Positions 45,791 through 60,992 are shown, counted from the stretch's first letter. The stretch: DNA of 64,000 nucleotides from Camelus dromedarius (GCF_036321535.1 NC_087438.1:1614001-1678000), one strand, 5' to 3'. Program-made: numbers and translations. Notes: generated by a model from the letters alone, not told the origin.

Positions 45791-48700
45791 GGTGATCTGC
45801 TGGGCAGCTAGATGGGATGGCAGGGTCTTACAGGTCTTTCTGTCCGCAGGACTCCTGCAGAACATGATGCATTCATTGGGTGGCATTCAACCAAAATATC
45901 AGCCCTGGCTACTCTGATATTTCCGGCTCAAAAATATATTACATAGCATGTCAAATAGACACATTTATGAACAACTATCAGTGTATTAAAAACATAGAGC
46001 AATAGAAAGATAGATATTTTAAGATAAAAAGATTTTTCAGCTCTTAAGGTAAATGTTTACTGTGCAGAACAATGAGACTGCAATTCGGAAAAGCTGTTTC
46101 CAAACAGCAGTAAGTGCCTGGGCTGCGTCACTCGGCTCATTGCCTGAGCACAGAGGTGGTCAACGGTTTTTTTTTTCCTTGTCTATAACTTAGAAAAATG
46201 ATGTTAAATCCTTGGATTTAAAATTTTAAAAAGCTAATAAATCAGCAACAGATAAACAAATGGGCAAGCAAACAACACAGAATTTAAAATAACATTTTAT
46301 CGAAACCCCCCTGGGACGCGCAGCAGCACGTGGCTTTCAGGCCGCGGACGCCTCCAGCGGCCCCTGCCTGACCCTTCAAGGCTCAGTGCGCGTCCCCTGC
46401 ACCGTGACTTCCCGCCCCCCCCCCCCGCCTCTTCACACGTGACCTTTGTCTCTATGGCTCTAGAGGACGTTCAAGGACGTCACTGTCTGCAGGCTACACA
46501 GGCGGTATGTTTCCTGACGTTTTTCCGCTGAACATTGTCCAACATGAAAGACGATGTTTATAACGATGAAATTTGGGAACCCCAGCCCATCTCCGTGTGC
46601 CAAGCGGCTTCAGTGCAGAGCACACGTCCACAGCTAACTTAACCTTTTTTTTTTCTTATAAGTGCTTGCAGGTTTATTTTTAATCTTTGGGTTTCAAAAA
46701 GCTGCCCAGATCTACCGAGGTGTTCATCCGATGTCTGCGCGTCCCTGCTCAGCAGCCCCCACCCTGGCCCTTCTCACCCCACGAGGGAGGGATACAGGGA
46801 GCCACTCACACGGCCCCTTTTCTTCTGCTCTGTCTTCCCTCCCCCCATGTTAAAAGCTCCCTCCTGGGGTCTCCCCCAGCCTCCAGCCCACTGTGAGTGT
46901 TACTGGGGGGCCCCTCGGTGCCTGGAAGGGCTCCCACCCCATCCTCTGCCTCCGTGTGAATGAATAAACAGCCTGATCAGCGGACCCGAGAGAACTCGGT
47001 GTCCATTCAGGAGTCGGGGACGCTCCTCCGACACCTGGATGCCAACGACCCCGAACACGTGAGGTCTCTGGCCTGTCCCCCGCGCTGCCCTGCAGGGCCC
47101 CAGGAATTTTATCTGTGTTTGTTGCCAATCAGTGGGTGTTGGTGGGAATGAAAGGATAAATTCACCACGAAATCGTTGTTCAAGTATCACTTCTTTTCCG
47201 GTTCCTTTCGGTTCTGTGAGCGGCCCACGTCTGGGTTCCTTCTAAGGGTCTGAAATGTCTCCCTTTGCGTCGAGGGCTAGTCCTACCAAGGGGGCCTGGT
47301 CGCCGCAGCTCCGCGCAGCCCTGGCCCCCCGTGCCAGGCGAAACGCTGCGTCTGGACACGGGGGGGAGCCCTCGCTTGCGTGCCCGTGGTCCCCCTTGTC
47401 CCCCTCGACTTCCAGCTGGCCTTGCCCGCCGGAAACGCCACACCCGAGAGGCCCTGAGAGACAGATGCCGGGGCTGGTTTTACAGCCGCCCCATGAGGCT
47501 CCTGCGGTGAGGCCTTGAGAAGAATTCTAAACAGACGTGCGAGGGGGTCCTAACCTAGATGTATGAAGCTCACTGATGAAGCAGTGTTTTCACAAAATGC
47601 GCACCAGCAACCATAACAGGTGGGCCTGTCTGGGAGGCAAGGGGACGCTGGTGGCCGCTCCCAGCCCTGCAACCTCAGTGGATTAAAGGGACAAGTTCCC
47701 TTCACACCACGTGTACGTGTGGACGGTTGGCGGGCGGCTCTGCTCATCCAGGCCACTCAGGACCCAGGCTGATGGAGGCCCTGTGTCTTCACAAACTCCC
47801 TTTGCCGCAGGTGGGGGGGGGGGCGTCTCACACACGGGCTCTGAGAATGTCCACGTGGACCGTGTGGCTCCGTGAGGCCACGTGGCACTGTGCCCCGCTC
47901 CACACGCCTGCTCAGTGGGTCAGGGAAGTGATGCCCCGCGTGGGTCCTTACGGAGAACTAGCGTGTTTATTGGCTCGGTAGACTTCACTGTCAGAAGAAA
48001 CAAACATGGGAGATAAAGGGATCGCAGGTGAGAAAGCAGCAGCAAAGAGCGTTTACACCATCGGAAAAAGACAATAAAATCAAAGCACATTTTGAAACAG
48101 GATGTGTATTGTGCTTAGCTTTCTAAGAAACGAATTTAACGTAACTTTCTGAATCAGTGCTACTCAAGAGTAGCCTATGGTTTCAGACGTCCCTCTAATG
48201 TACTCAGTGCAAAGTTTGGTGAGAAACGTGTCTGCAAAAGGTGACTTCCCGCATGCCGCGTTCAGGGGCCAAGTTCCTAGACGTCCTCTCCCACGCCACC
48301 CGGATCTGGGCTTTTCTGAACACGCCCTAAGAACCTCTGGCATGTTTTAACGGCAGGTTGAGTGGTAGCCACGGGGACCTGCTATCCTGCTGGGTGTCGG
48401 GGCATTGAACCAACAGGCTGTGATACGGAAGGTGTGTAACGGCTGCTTGTGTGATATAGTCACGTTCATTTTACTCAAACCGATACACTGTGGGCAAAAG
48501 TCGTTCGTGACCCATGCTTCCAGCTCACAAACCGAGAGAACGTCTGGAATGAAAATGTTGACAACGAGCTTCCCCAGCCTGTCGGTGACACAGAGTCTAC
48601 ACAGGACTTCACACAGGCGGGGCGGCGGGGCGGGAAGAGGGGCCGCGGGCCAGGACAGCTGACAGGCGCTTCGGTTTGTAGGGACACGGTTTTGGCTTCA

Positions 48701-51700
48701 ACGGCAGCTTACGTCACTGAGCACCAGGAAGCCTCCCGGAATTAAGTGCTCTGTTGTCCTGAGATGACTGCTTCTGTGGACCAACGCCCCGAGGCCTTTT
48801 CAGTCACACTAGGTAATTTTTAAAACAATAAAACCACTTTTTAATGATTCTGTAGATAATTGAGGGGGGGGTCCTCCTCTTTTTTATGGTTTAAGCCACA
48901 GAGTTGAGGAATCTTCCTGAAAAGGAAGCAAACACTCCTCGTCCGTCAGCAGATGAATAGAGACAGAGATGGCACACGTGGCTTCAATTCTCTGGACAGA
49001 GTGAGAAGAATTTGCCTTTAAAAAAGATTTTAAAAGCGGAATCACAGAGAGAATTTATCAGAGGACACATTTGAGAAAGCTGTGAGTCTGGGACAGAACT
49101 CGGAAGGAGATTCCTTAAACTCTGAGCATCTTGGAAGGAAGGGGTGGGGCCGAGGACCTCATGGAAATCGCCAAGGAGACTTGGGACATTACTGCTGTGA
49201 TCGGGCTGAAGCTGGTGCCTGAGTGACGGTGGAGAGTTGAAAGGAGGCCCAGCGAAAACCCAGAGGCCGTGGAGAAACCGTCGGTTGTTATTTCCGACAG
49301 TCAGACTGCTGGAAGCCCTCTCTTTCTGAGCATCCACAGAAACAGAAGTTGCAAAGCCCACTTACAAGACGCCAGAGGCACGAGGCGCTGACCTCCAGTG
49401 GACTCGCTCTGGTTCTTGGCCTACGATGCTCTCCGGCCCGAGAAGGACTAGGAGGGGAGGGTGTGAGTCTCGAAGACGAGCCCTCTGGAAGGCAGTGGTA
49501 AAGCCCTGGCCAAGCGCGGCCCACGCTTCCCCCGCCCCCCGAGGCGTTAGCACCCCTGCTCAGCCGTCAGGAATCTTCCCAGTCCCCAAGCCTCTGACTC
49601 ACTTCCTTTCTGAAGCTCATCCTTCTGTTCACGTCCGCTTGAGACTGACTATAAACTTCACTTCTGTCAGCACCGAGGAACGTGCAAGTCATTTAGAGCC
49701 GGCTTCAGCCCCTGCCTTCTGCCCCTTCGCGAATCTGCCCTTCACGCTCCCCTAGCCAGCATTTTGGTTGATTTTCTGAGAAGCAGTGACTTATTCGGGC
49801 TCTCTCAGAAGATCTCAGGAACAAACTGACCGAGAGTCAGACGGAGCAGCATGACACGGACTCGGTCCTGCTGTTTGGTTTTAATTTCCAGACCCCAGTC
49901 CTGTTTCAGATTCGCATCTCATCTTCATCAATTGGGCACACATCGCGGGACACACGTCCCAGATGAGGAGGCCGGGGCATTGGAAGTGACGGGAAACCTT
50001 ACCTTCGCACCGACGGTGCCCCGCCAAGTCCAGAGTCAGCTCCACAGGAGGCTGAACTTCCTGTTCGGCATCTTCGCCAGCTAAGTCACCTGTTTTCTCA
50101 TCTTGGAGTGTCGACACCATGTCCACGTGATGCGGGGAGGAGGTTCGGGGACTGACCCCGCTTGCTGTTGCTCACGCTGTTGTTAATTTCAGTTGCCTGA
50201 AACAAGGAGGAGACACCAAGAAGCTCTCTCAGGGACGCCAGGCTGGGCTGGCACGCGCGGGCAGAAAGGCTTCAGGTCACAGGGGCCAAACAACCCTTCA
50301 CCCGAGGGGCCCCCCAGAAGCCACACCCAGAAGCCTCGGGTCCTGGCGGGCAGACCATCGCCCCAGCTCACGGACTCTCCATCCTGACAGCCTTGGAGGG
50401 CGGAGGACCATCTGCTCTCCCTCCTCACCCCACCAGTTAGACAGGAGGGACCAGAGGAGCTGGCTGTGGAGCACGTGGCAAACGGGCACACACGCCGGGA
50501 GGAAGTGGCCCTAGCAGCCCGAGGAAGGCAGGCTGGGAAGCAGGGACCCCAAGCCCTCGGAGAACCGGGATCCTCAGTCCTGCGGTGCCCAAAGGCCAAC
50601 GTGAGCTGGGATGTGGGCACACCCAGGGAGTGGAGCCCAGAGGCGCAGCGTGTGGCAGCCCGGCGCACGGCTCTGATGGCCTGCCCTGGTGCGCGTGGCC
50701 CCTGCTGCAGGTCTGCGCGGGCCTCTCGCAGCCACTGAGCCAGAGCCTAAGTCACTGAACGTCCACCCTGCACCTGGACAGACCCGGGTCTTCTTCCTGA
50801 AAGGCTGGCAGGGAAGGGGGATGTCTGGGGAGGGGGCCCAATGGTACAAAGTGTACTGAAACTCGGTGGTTTGAAGCTCGTCCTCCAATCCACGTACAAT
50901 AATCTCATTGCCGTCTTCCGTGCTTCATCCAAGGTCTTTCCAGGGTGTCTGGAATCTGACTCTCTGCATCACACTCTCATCTTTGAACAAATCAGAACCT
51001 AAATTTACTTTTTTAGGAGCTTCATGCAATTCCCAGGGCAAAGCGGGAACCTGTCCCTCTTGAGGCGCTAGTCACTCTGACCCACTGGTCTAGGTGCTCC
51101 TAGACAGAGGCATGCAACGCTCCGCAGCCCGCTGAGGGGGGAGTAAAGCTGAAAGCCAGGGACCTCAGGCCTCCCAGCAGATGGACTGTCCCCTAGGCCC
51201 CTGGACAAGGTGGCCCCGGGCTCCCCGCAGCCCTCACGGGGGTTCTCCCCCGGCTTCTAGACCCAAGTGTTCTTCCATCAGCCAAGATCCCCATAAAAGC
51301 AGCTGAGACCCCAGAGTTCTGCGCAATCCACAGCGAGGGCTGGGACAGAGACGCCACCCGCAGGGCCTGAGCAAGCAGGTGTCTTCACGTGGAATAACCC
51401 TCCCGGGGGACAGATGGAAGGCCACATGAACTGATTTATGGGCTAAAATTCCATTTCCCTCTGCTTCACTGATTTCATACTTGTTGTAATTATGGAAAAT
51501 TCTTTTAAACAGGCTATAAAAAGACGCTGTTTCATCGGGGGGGTATGAGGGTTGGGGCCCCTGGCGCTCAGCTGTTTTGCTCTGCAGCCACGCCCAGCGC
51601 CCCGAGATGGGGACGGCACGGCCACGGCCCCTGCTCTGCATGCTCAAGACACTCGCCCTCCCTGCCTGCTGTGTTCATTGTGTTACCTTCACTGGGTCAG

Positions 51701-54700
51701 CTCCAGACAGACTTCCAAATTTAGCAATCCTTTGCTCAGGCATGGCTGCTTGGAGGCACAGCCATCTCTTAATGATGCAAAAAGAAAAAAAAGAGCAGCA
51801 CATTAAACACAATCTGATGGCGATCTGGAGTTGGGGTGATGTCGCTGACAGCTTAGAATGAAAGGAGATACACGACTGTACGCAATGTGTGTGCACAGAG
51901 CACGCTTGTTACAAACAGGGACAGGAGATTACATCTTTCCAGTAAACCTGAGTTCCATCAGCAAACTGCCGCGGGCGCGAACCGTCCAGGCCAGGTCGCT
52001 CTCATAACTGGGCTAATGAGGAGGCGCGGGGGGGGCGAGGCTGGGGTGGACTGTTAGAGACACGGGTTAGGCGGGGGCTGCCAGGCCAGCTGAGGCCACT
52101 GTTTAATCTACTCTGTTATCCCAGCATGGTCCTCAGGAGCCTAAATTGAACCCAAATTTTGAAGGATGGACGAGATATCCCCCAGTTAACCGAATGATGT
52201 GAGTTCTGGGAAGACTTGCGTGGCTCCCCGTCCTCTCTCTTTCCTGGAAATGTTAGGCCTGTGAACGGATTTCTCATCTCCTTCTCCCCACATCAGGTAT
52301 GCGAGGGGGGCCCTCGGAGCAGGGGCTCCCAGCAGCCAGAGTCCAGAGCAAGGCCAGCGGTCACCACGGCCCCGGCACCCAGGGCCGCCTCAGCAGAGTT
52401 AGCTCTTCCACAGGAAGACGTGGCTGCACACCCGAATTTGCTCTCAGGGTGAAGTTCCTTCTTAATAAACTGCAGTTCTCGCTGTGACCCCTCCCCCCGC
52501 CGCCCCCGGAGGCCCTTCTCATCAACATGATGACATCTACCCAGGTGCTGCAACAGTCTTTAAAAATCGTAAATCTTAACCTATCACCTAAGGGGAAAGG
52601 AGGAAAAAGGTTAAACAAGTTTGTGAAGGGCCTTTCCCAGGTGTTATTTTGCATGAGAGCTAATTGCTGGTTCTGCTGTAACAGCTACAAGAGATAAAGG
52701 TCGGGTAAACACTCCCCGCTGCAGGGGACCCGGGGTGTCCTGGGGGCAGTGGCCACCAGACTGAGTCATCTTCCTCACCCAGGGACAGAGCCCCTGCCTT
52801 TCCTGACGGCTTTGAAGGCCTGACGCCGGAATCCCACAGGGGTCAAAGGAAGATGCGCCCAGGAAGCAGAAAGCTAGGGAGCTGGGCGGCTTGGTCCAGG
52901 AGCCCCCAACCGTGGCAAGATCAAACTGGTAACTGCCACGTGAGGAGGAACTCTACTGTGCTCCCGGGAGTCCATCCCGGCCCATCCCACATCAGCTGCT
53001 AAAGGACACGCGATCCAACCCTTCTCAGTCTGAAGGCTAGTAATTCTCTTTGCAGAGGGTGAAGGGAGAAGAACACCTTCCCCTGGTGGGGGAGGCCCTC
53101 CCCCCACCATCCTCCCCGTCCCGCACAGCCCTGGGCCGCTGGGCCCCGAATGGAATTGGATTCCCTGCGAGGGTGGGAGCCATAAAGCTGCGGGAGAACT
53201 GTCACACAAAAGCTCAAGTCCCATTTACATTTTCATTGGTTTGACAAAAAGAACATAAGGAAGATTTTTCTCATTTTCACCATCATTGAAAAATGAGCCT
53301 TTGCTTGAGTGAGGACCACTGTGCGCACGGCTGCGGCATCTCCCCCAGCTTAGGAGTCACGGTCACCAGACAAAATTTTTTAAAAATTAAAGATGCTAGC
53401 GTTTCCATTCTCTCTTTCATCGTCCGTAACCTGGTCTTAACTGCATTTGCTTGGGGATTTTTTTCTTACGAAAATAGTGTTATGTGTGACATTCAGGCCC
53501 CCATAAAAGTGATGGAACCCGCAGTGTCTCTGATGATGTGTGTTTGGAATCTATAAATAGCCCCAGTGCAAGCAAGTCCCGCAGCCACGGCGGGCAGAGG
53601 TAAGTGCGGTCAGATTTCAGTCACTGTTCAGATCGCGCGCTCTTCTGTTTCGCCATCTGTAAGTGCAGGCGCAAACCTCTGCCTGGTGAGCGGGGTGGGG
53701 ACGCTGCCCCTGGATCTGACTGCAGCGTGTCCCTTCATTAGGACAGACTCCCGTCAACCCTCGAAGGCCCAGACTCCCCGCGACCACGCCGGTCCCCCGC
53801 AGGCGGCCGGGGTGCTGAACTCCGACTTGTGTCGTGATCCTCGGAAGGCCTCTGGGGCCAGCCTTCTCTTCCTTGTCACCTCTGGAATTCAGCATCAGTT
53901 TATCAAAAGGCTCTCTCTCCAAGTCAGCTCCAGAAAGCAGTGCTTAAAAGTTTATTTTTAAATAATTATATTGTTTCTTTTTGTCATTATTCTTGTTATT
54001 CTTACAGCAGAGTGCTGGGTCCACGCGCTGGTCACGATCACAAAATTACTGGGCTTTGGGACGACTCACTAACGGAGCCCGTGTGCGGGGAGGGCCTCGA
54101 GCAGATGGCCTGGCCGGACTTGGGAAATCTTCAGGTCGATTCTGGGCAACTCTAAGCAGCTCGCAATCTGAAATAAAACCTGCATAATCTCTGCAATTCT
54201 CTGCTTACAAAAGCAGAACAAAGCCCCACGGGCAAAACGATTTGGCAAAGAATGGCCTCCTCTCATGAAGACATCCGCAGGGTAAAGTGAACCGCCCGGG
54301 AGAGACCTTCTGGGGCAGAGCTGGGGGACACGTCCCAGACGCCAGGGGACGGATTTCGTGTGAATGATCTGCTTGCGAGCAGTTTTCCCCCAGGAATTAG
54401 GCACAATGGTTTGAGGCTTCTTTCTTCAGTCTGTTTTACAAAAGCACTTGTGTCTGGGGGTGAATGCAGTGAACCCATTTCACAAGTGCAATCGAGGGAG
54501 CAGGTGTGGTACCCGGACAAAGCCCTGCAGAGGCTCCGCCTCCGGCGGGATGAGGAGGGAGCGCCTCTCCTCACTCAGCGTCGCCACGACTAGGAGTGCC
54601 ATCGGCCCCTGGGCCTGGACTCCCCGCCGATCCCTCTCCGGCAGCACCAGCGGGGGTGCCTGCTGTGGCCACCCTTCCAGGCAGCTCCGAGGTGGGGCCA

Positions 54701-55380
54701 GGCAGCACCTGCTTCCTGGACGCTGGGCAGCCTAGGGCCCTCCTGAGCCCGTCTCCGTGTGCCTTGTTTGCTAGTTTCATTAGATAGACTCACTCTTTTT
54801 TTTAACTTAATAAAGTTCATTTAAAATAAGGCTTTATGTCATCACTGTAATCAGAATCATCCTGTTTCTAAATACAAGTCTACTTAAATAGGCTATTAAA
54901 TTCTAAACTTAAAATTAACTGTCATTTACAAGGGTGAGGATCTCTAAACCATTTCTAGAATGTTCCTCATTGAGGAAAGCAGGTTTCTCGAGGGGAGAAA
55001 CGCTGTCTCAGTAAAAGTTGACCTCGCCCGCTGTCTCGGTCAGGGAGGCTCGAGGTCAGCGCAGCAGCCGGGACCTATGTGTGCGGGGCGGTTCTCTCCG
55101 GCACGTGGCGGAATGAAGACAGGTGAGTGTCTTCTGCAGAACTGCACTCGGCAGGACACACAGGACGCCGGCTCAGTTCTCTCCCCCACCTGCTTTTCCC
55201 TGGAAGAGTCTGTCCTCAGTGGTCCAGCAGCACCCCGTCCTCACCCTTGTCGCCACCTAGTACTGACCCCGAGCCCTCTGTCTGGACGTGGTTTGCTCTC
55301 TGCAAGGATGCTTAGCGCCCCCTCCCCAAGCCAGGGAAACCGAGAAGTGGAAATATTATATAAATAAATACATGTATTTC

Positions 55381-55441
55381 TCTCCCCCTCCCCACCCTCC
55401 CCCCACCTCTCCTCCCCCCGCCCCACCCCCTCGCCCTCTCC
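55381..55441. repeat. C-rich low-complexity tract (G-quadruplex potential on minus strand)
   Basis: Many C3-C6 runs with short spacers. Confidence 0.75.
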
Positions 55442-57777
55442 AACATTCCCCTTCTCGGGATCTGATTCGTGGCCACCTCACCCTGCAGTGCTCGCCCCCC
55501 ACCCCACCTGTAACTACATCTCGGGCTGCAGGCCTTGGCCTGGCCGGCAGAACAGGACCCCCAGACCGAGCAAATCCCCAAAAGGGGCCCCAACACCCAA
55601 CATCGTTTGGCAGACTTTGTCAGGCTAGCCTATTTCAAAGTACCATCCAAAAGTATTTAAAGTGCAGGAACAGCAGAATCTTTGATTTGATAACTCTTAA
55701 GGGAGCCAAAATATTTACATTAAAAACAGATCATTTGGCCCCGCTCACAAAGTCAGACCCTCCGAAGAGCTTTTAATGGTCTAGGCGTGCACAGACCTCT
55801 TCAAACTGGCTGGTGACCAGGGATGGTCGGTAAGAGTGGCCGACCCCACCCCCGGGGTTAGGATTCCAGGCCCGGGCCCTCGGAGGCCAGGGGGCAGCCC
55901 CCAGGCGTTACCGCCGGCTCGCCCTGCACCCTCCCCTACTTGCATCCTGTTATTTAAGTAGAATGCACACGTGGGAACATTTTTGCTGCCCCCTTTGAGT
56001 CATGATCTCAAGCAAAATAGAGCTTTGCACACTATTATTCAGCTTTTTGGTTATTTAGATTCATCCCCACCAAAAGTGACTGTGAATACAGGAAACGCTT
56101 GAGCGTGCTTGTGAGTTAGGGAGGTCCCAACTTAGGACTATTGCCAACGCCTCCCTTCCACTTGACCATCAGATGTTCAAAGCCCGCCCTTCGTGTGCGT
56201 TGGTCGAGCCCCCTCCTGTGGCCTCGAACCGGAAGCGCCTTCTCAGACGGCAAAGCGGCCTGTCTTTCCTTCGCTGACCACGGTGTGCAGACCCCGCAGA
56301 GCCTTTCCCTTTGCTGGCAGAGACCGGAGGACCAAAGCCCAGCAACAGGGACACCCGGCCTCACTGACGAGAGAGAGGAGGTCGGTGAGAGGAGGTCAGC
56401 AGTTTTCACTTGAAGAACTTCTCTAGTGCCACGGGCAGTCAGCATCCGAGGCCTCGGGCCGCGCGGAGCTCAGCCGGGAGAGAGGCGCTCTGGGAAGAGA
56501 CGCTGAGGTCGCAGAGGGGACGCATGAGACGCCACGGGAGCGGGGTGAGGGCCAGGTGCCTGGGCCCGGGCCGACCGCGGCGTCTCCAGGGGACGGCGAA
56601 AGCTGGGGGTGGGGGGGGCTGGTGGTTTTCAGTTATCGACACGAGAAAGTTTCAAAAACCTCTCTGCCCAAGAGGAAGAAAGCAAAGCTGCTGCCTTTTG
56701 GGTTCACACGATCTTCACTGTACTTGCTACTGTTCGTTTCATATATATTTACTTACTTTTTCTTTGAGGGCAAATCATTAAATATTACTTTGATTTTTTT
56801 TAATTATTAAATTTTATTTCCTTCAAAACTCGATTTGAGTCTCTCTCTTTTTCCCACTGATGTGTTCAGGAAGCCCCAAGAAGAGGGAAATTGTAGAAAG
56901 TAGTTAACGACTCAGACCCGGAGCCCGCCCTCGTGTTTTAGACGTTTGCTCTCGTGACGGGAAGAGACGCTCCTCAGTGTCAGAGAGTCTTCCTTCCAGT
57001 GTGGCTTCTGGAGGGCTTCCGTCTCCATAAAGAGGTGGCTTTAAATACATCTTTTTCAATGAAACTTGACTTATTTCAAGTGATTCCGAGGCATGGGTAG
57101 TGTTCCCCGCGGGCTGGAGAACGAGATTGATCTCCTTGAAAACCGCAGAACGCCAGCGTCTCCCTCCCCAGGTCCGCCCCTCCCACCCCCCCACCGAGAA
57201 GAGATGAACACTGTGATTTACTCAGGAGGCGCCCGGTTTTGCTCTGCGCTGAGCGGGCCTCCTCCCGTGAGGACGCGCACTGCGTGGGGAGCGCGTGTCC
57301 CTCCCCGGCCCCATAGCAGGGCTGCGAGGTGGACGCACCTCATTTAATTAACAGACGGAGATAAATTACAGGCTGTGATTTCTACTCAAAGTAATATTTC
57401 AACAGTCGTACCTTTCTAGTACGTTTTCTTTGTTTTTACAACTGTTCCCTAATCTGAAATAGTTTGCAGTGTCAGCGATGAATGAGAGTTAATAGTGTTT
57501 GCCCTTCATGGCAAGAAACAGAGACGTGTAATTCAGTCGTGGGAAGAAAATTAAAAACCGGCTTCATCGGTGAGAGGTGGGGCCGTTTACAACGTCGATG
57601 AGCTGATCTGTAGGAGGTAATGTGTCTCCTCCCGAAGTGCAACAAAACAGGTAGAAACAGTTGCTTCCGTGACTTTGTCCCCAGTGCTAACCAGAGGGCG
57701 GCAGGTGTCCTGACAGCTCTCAGTTCCGTGATGGCCACTTAAGTTGAAAACCTCTTGTTTTTACAAACTGCTGACTG

Positions 57778-58224
57778 CAGGCAGACCCCGGGGAAGCTGT
57801 AGGCTCCTTTCCAGACCACTGCAATGAAGCGACTATCCCAACAAAGCGAGTCACACAAATGCTTTGGTTTCCCAGTACATATAAAATTTACATAGCTGAC
57901 ACCCTACCACGGTCTGTTAGGTGCGCAATAGAATGAAAAAAACCGTGTATGCACTTTAATTGCAAAATACTTTGTTGTTAGAAAGTGCTAACCATCATCG
58001 GAGCCTTCAGCAAGTCGTGGTAGCATCTGAGATCACTGGCCACAGACGCCATGACAAAGACAACCATGAGAAAAGCCTGAAGTACCTTGAGAATTAACAA
58101 CATGTGACTCAGAGACAGGAAGCGAACAAATGCTGTTGGAAAAATGGTGCCTTAGACTTGCTCAGCGAAGGGTTTGTTTGGAAGCGCAGCACCTGTCGAG
58201 CGCATGGACGGGGTGGCGCCCCTG
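57778..58224 (-). mobile_element. Second Tigger1-derived MITE (opposite orientation to 1513-1951)
   Basis: Starts caggcagaccc; ttccagaccactgcaat, gagtcacaca, ttcccagtacatata, gagccttcagc, tgctgttggaaaaatggtgcc are reverse complements of the first copy. Confidence 0.85.
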
Positions 58225-58419
58225 CTGTCTCTGCCCAGTTCCGAGGGGAGAAGAGGCCGCTGGGCCAGTTAACATCTCTCAGCCTTGTGAAGTTAGAACC
58301 TGCTGGCTGCATGGATTCCAGTTTCACCAAATCAGGAAGAAGGTCCAGGGACAGAATAAAACACAAATGAAAGGTTGATAACTCAGGAAATTAACCTCTC
58401 AAATCGCTGCCTTAAAGAA

Positions 58420-58970
58420 CGAATCTTTTCATAAATGGTGCTGGGTTCACCATTTGGATAAAGATACAGTTTGATTTGTACCTCACACCATATACCAGAA
58501 AAAACTGCACATGTAATTAAAACATAAATATTTTAATTAAAAAAATAAAACCATGGGTATTAGACAACTGTGAAAACCATGAGTTGATTCAATTCTAAAA
58601 TGGGAGTGAAGATAACTTTCCTAACTATGGCTAAAAATCCAAAAGCAATAAAATATTCATGAATTTGATAACAATGTTTAAATGTTTATGTCAAAACTAA
58701 ATCACCATAAGTAAATTCAAATGTTAACTGACAAACTGAGAGGAAAGACAGTTGCCACTTACAGCCTGGGCAAAGGGGGTAATATTGTGAATAGTAACAG
58801 AATTTTTAAGAATGAAGAAGAAAAGAACAAAAACTCGTAGAAAAATAAGCAAAAGACAAGAGATACTTAACTTCTCAACTTCACTCAGAGCAATTTAAAA
58901 ATCTCACCAGCACCTTATTTCTCACACCTCAGAGAGGCAACGGTCCCCCAGACTGGCAAACTCTGTAGAA
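58420..58970 (+). mobile_element. Ancient L1 (L1MC/ME-like) ORF2 3' fragment
   Basis: aaatggtgctggg...tacctcacaccatatacc...ctaaaaatccaaaagcaataaaa...tgacaaactg; A-rich. Confidence 0.75.
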
Positions 58971-60963
58971 ATGGGTACATCTTAACTGCTGGTCATCAGG
59001 AAGTGTTCAGAGGACCCTGCAGGGACTGGAGCCAGACAGCAAACACACGGTGACACTCAGGAGCCAAGCGTCTGTCCTTAGGTGAGAAAATGACTCTCTC
59101 CTTCGATTTGATTCTCAGGCTTGTGGCTTTTTATAAAGTGCCTTTCCTATTATGACAGAATCGGTTTCTGAGATTCTGAAGGGAGGGAAATGGAGCATCT
59201 TCCCTTTTCAATCCCTAACCAGTCTTTAAAAAACATTTTATGTAATAGATGTGCCAAGACACGATTTCATAGGCTACAAATCTTGGCCAAGTTCTGAAGG
59301 AGGTAGTTTTCTGCCGGGCCCCGGGAGGTGCCCACCGGAACCAAGGAAGGCAGGAACCGCATTCTCCAGGTGCTGGTGGGCTCAGAACAGCAGCACGGTG
59401 CCAGCCGCACCCGCAGCGGCTCACTTGCAGCGGTTCATCTGCAGCCTTCCAGTCCGCGGAGCTGCCGACCCCAGGGGCACCACTCACGCGGGTCACGTGA
59501 GGAGGTTGTGGACTGATGATGAACCAGATTTTGGTTTTGTGTTAAAAATTAGATTTCATTTTATCTTAATTTTGGAGTTGTTTGGGGGCGCTAAAAGTAG
59601 GGTGGGTCACCCTGTCACTGGGCCCCCTGGCGTCTGGCACTAGAGCATCATTGCTGAGTGGCTGAAACGAGTACAGAGAAAGGGCATCTTCAGAGCCTGG
59701 GACCCTGTTTTAGACCATGGCCTCACCACCTCAGCAGAGGGTCCCCTCTGAAATCTGCTGGGCCTGCAGGGGAGGGAGAGGGAACCCACAGAGAGAGGTG
59801 GGCGGGGAGGTCTCAGCACCCAGGGCCAGTGCCCGGCGCGACTCTGAAGTAGCCCGCCTGCTGCCCCCCTGCCTCCCCTCTGCCTCCCCGGTCTGGTCAC
59901 GGTCCCCCAGACCCCCCAGGCCCCGTCCTGCCCTGCAGGGACCCAGCCCAGGCCTGGGCCCACCTCCCCCAGGTCTGCTGCACCCTGTGTTCGTGCAGGA
60001 AGCTGACACTCTTCAGTGCACTTTCTCCTCCCACAGGTGCAGGCGTTTTAGGGAGACAAAAAGTAGTAATGTGAATATTATTTAGGTGCCAGTGTTTTCA
60101 TAAAGATCACCCCAGATCCTAGCACTGTGTGCTCACACACAGTGGCGTGTTACCGCGTGTATCTCTGGTTCTGTGTAAGCCTCGCGGAGGACGATCCGCG
60201 CGCACACACGCGCGCAGTCCCCTGCGCACAGACCCAGCTACGGCCCCCGTCAGGGCAGCCTGCGGCGCAGCCCTGACTCCCCCGCCCCTGGGACGAGACG
60301 CCCCCTGGAGTGCCCGCAGTCCGGGGAGGCCCTCCTGTGAGCTAAGCAGCCCCCTCGTGCGGGCTGTTAGTCCTCCCAGCACTTGCTCAAGTGTCAGCAC
60401 GGGCCTAGGCTGCGCTCAGCCCTGGACCAAGAGTGGTCGCCCTGGGCAGGCCCCTCGCATGCGCCCTGACTGAACCACACCCCGTCCGTCCCCAGCCTCG
60501 CTTTTAACCCCATGCCAGGGCTTCCCATCATTAGCAGGGCAAAGGTGGCAGTACTGGGCGTGGAACCTGCCAGCCTAGCCTCTGCCTCCTCTCCAAGCAT
60601 CTCCCTGTCCCCGGACGCCCCTGCCTCCCCAGTTCTCTGAGCCTCCCCCACTGCCTTCCAGGCCTCCCTCCCACACGGAGCTCCAGACTGTCCTGAGCCC
60701 CTTTGGGCAGCCCCGTGCTGCCCCCCAGAGCTTCTCGGAATGACCAGTCCCTCCCCCGACACTCTCGTCCCAGCAGCTCGGCTCCCAGGGTGACGGCACC
60801 CTGCTGGGAGCACAGTGTGCTCGGTGAGCACTTCTGCAGGGGAAGAGTGAGTGAGTGCCAGGTTCTGCCCTATCTTCTAAGTCCAGCCAAGCTTCGACTT
60901 TCTCCCAGAGACCTGAGGAGCTTCATCAGATATTTCCACTGTCAGTAATCTCTTAGCAGTACC

Positions 60964-60992
60964 AAAAAAAAAAAAAAAAAAAAAAAAAAAAA
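60964..60992. repeat. Poly(A) tract (29 nt)
   Basis: Directly visible; no recognisable element upstream. Confidence 0.9.

Noticed and set aside
60964..60992. Poly(A)29 as tail of a processed pseudogene
   Set aside because: No upstream polyadenylation signal, ORF or TSD visible.
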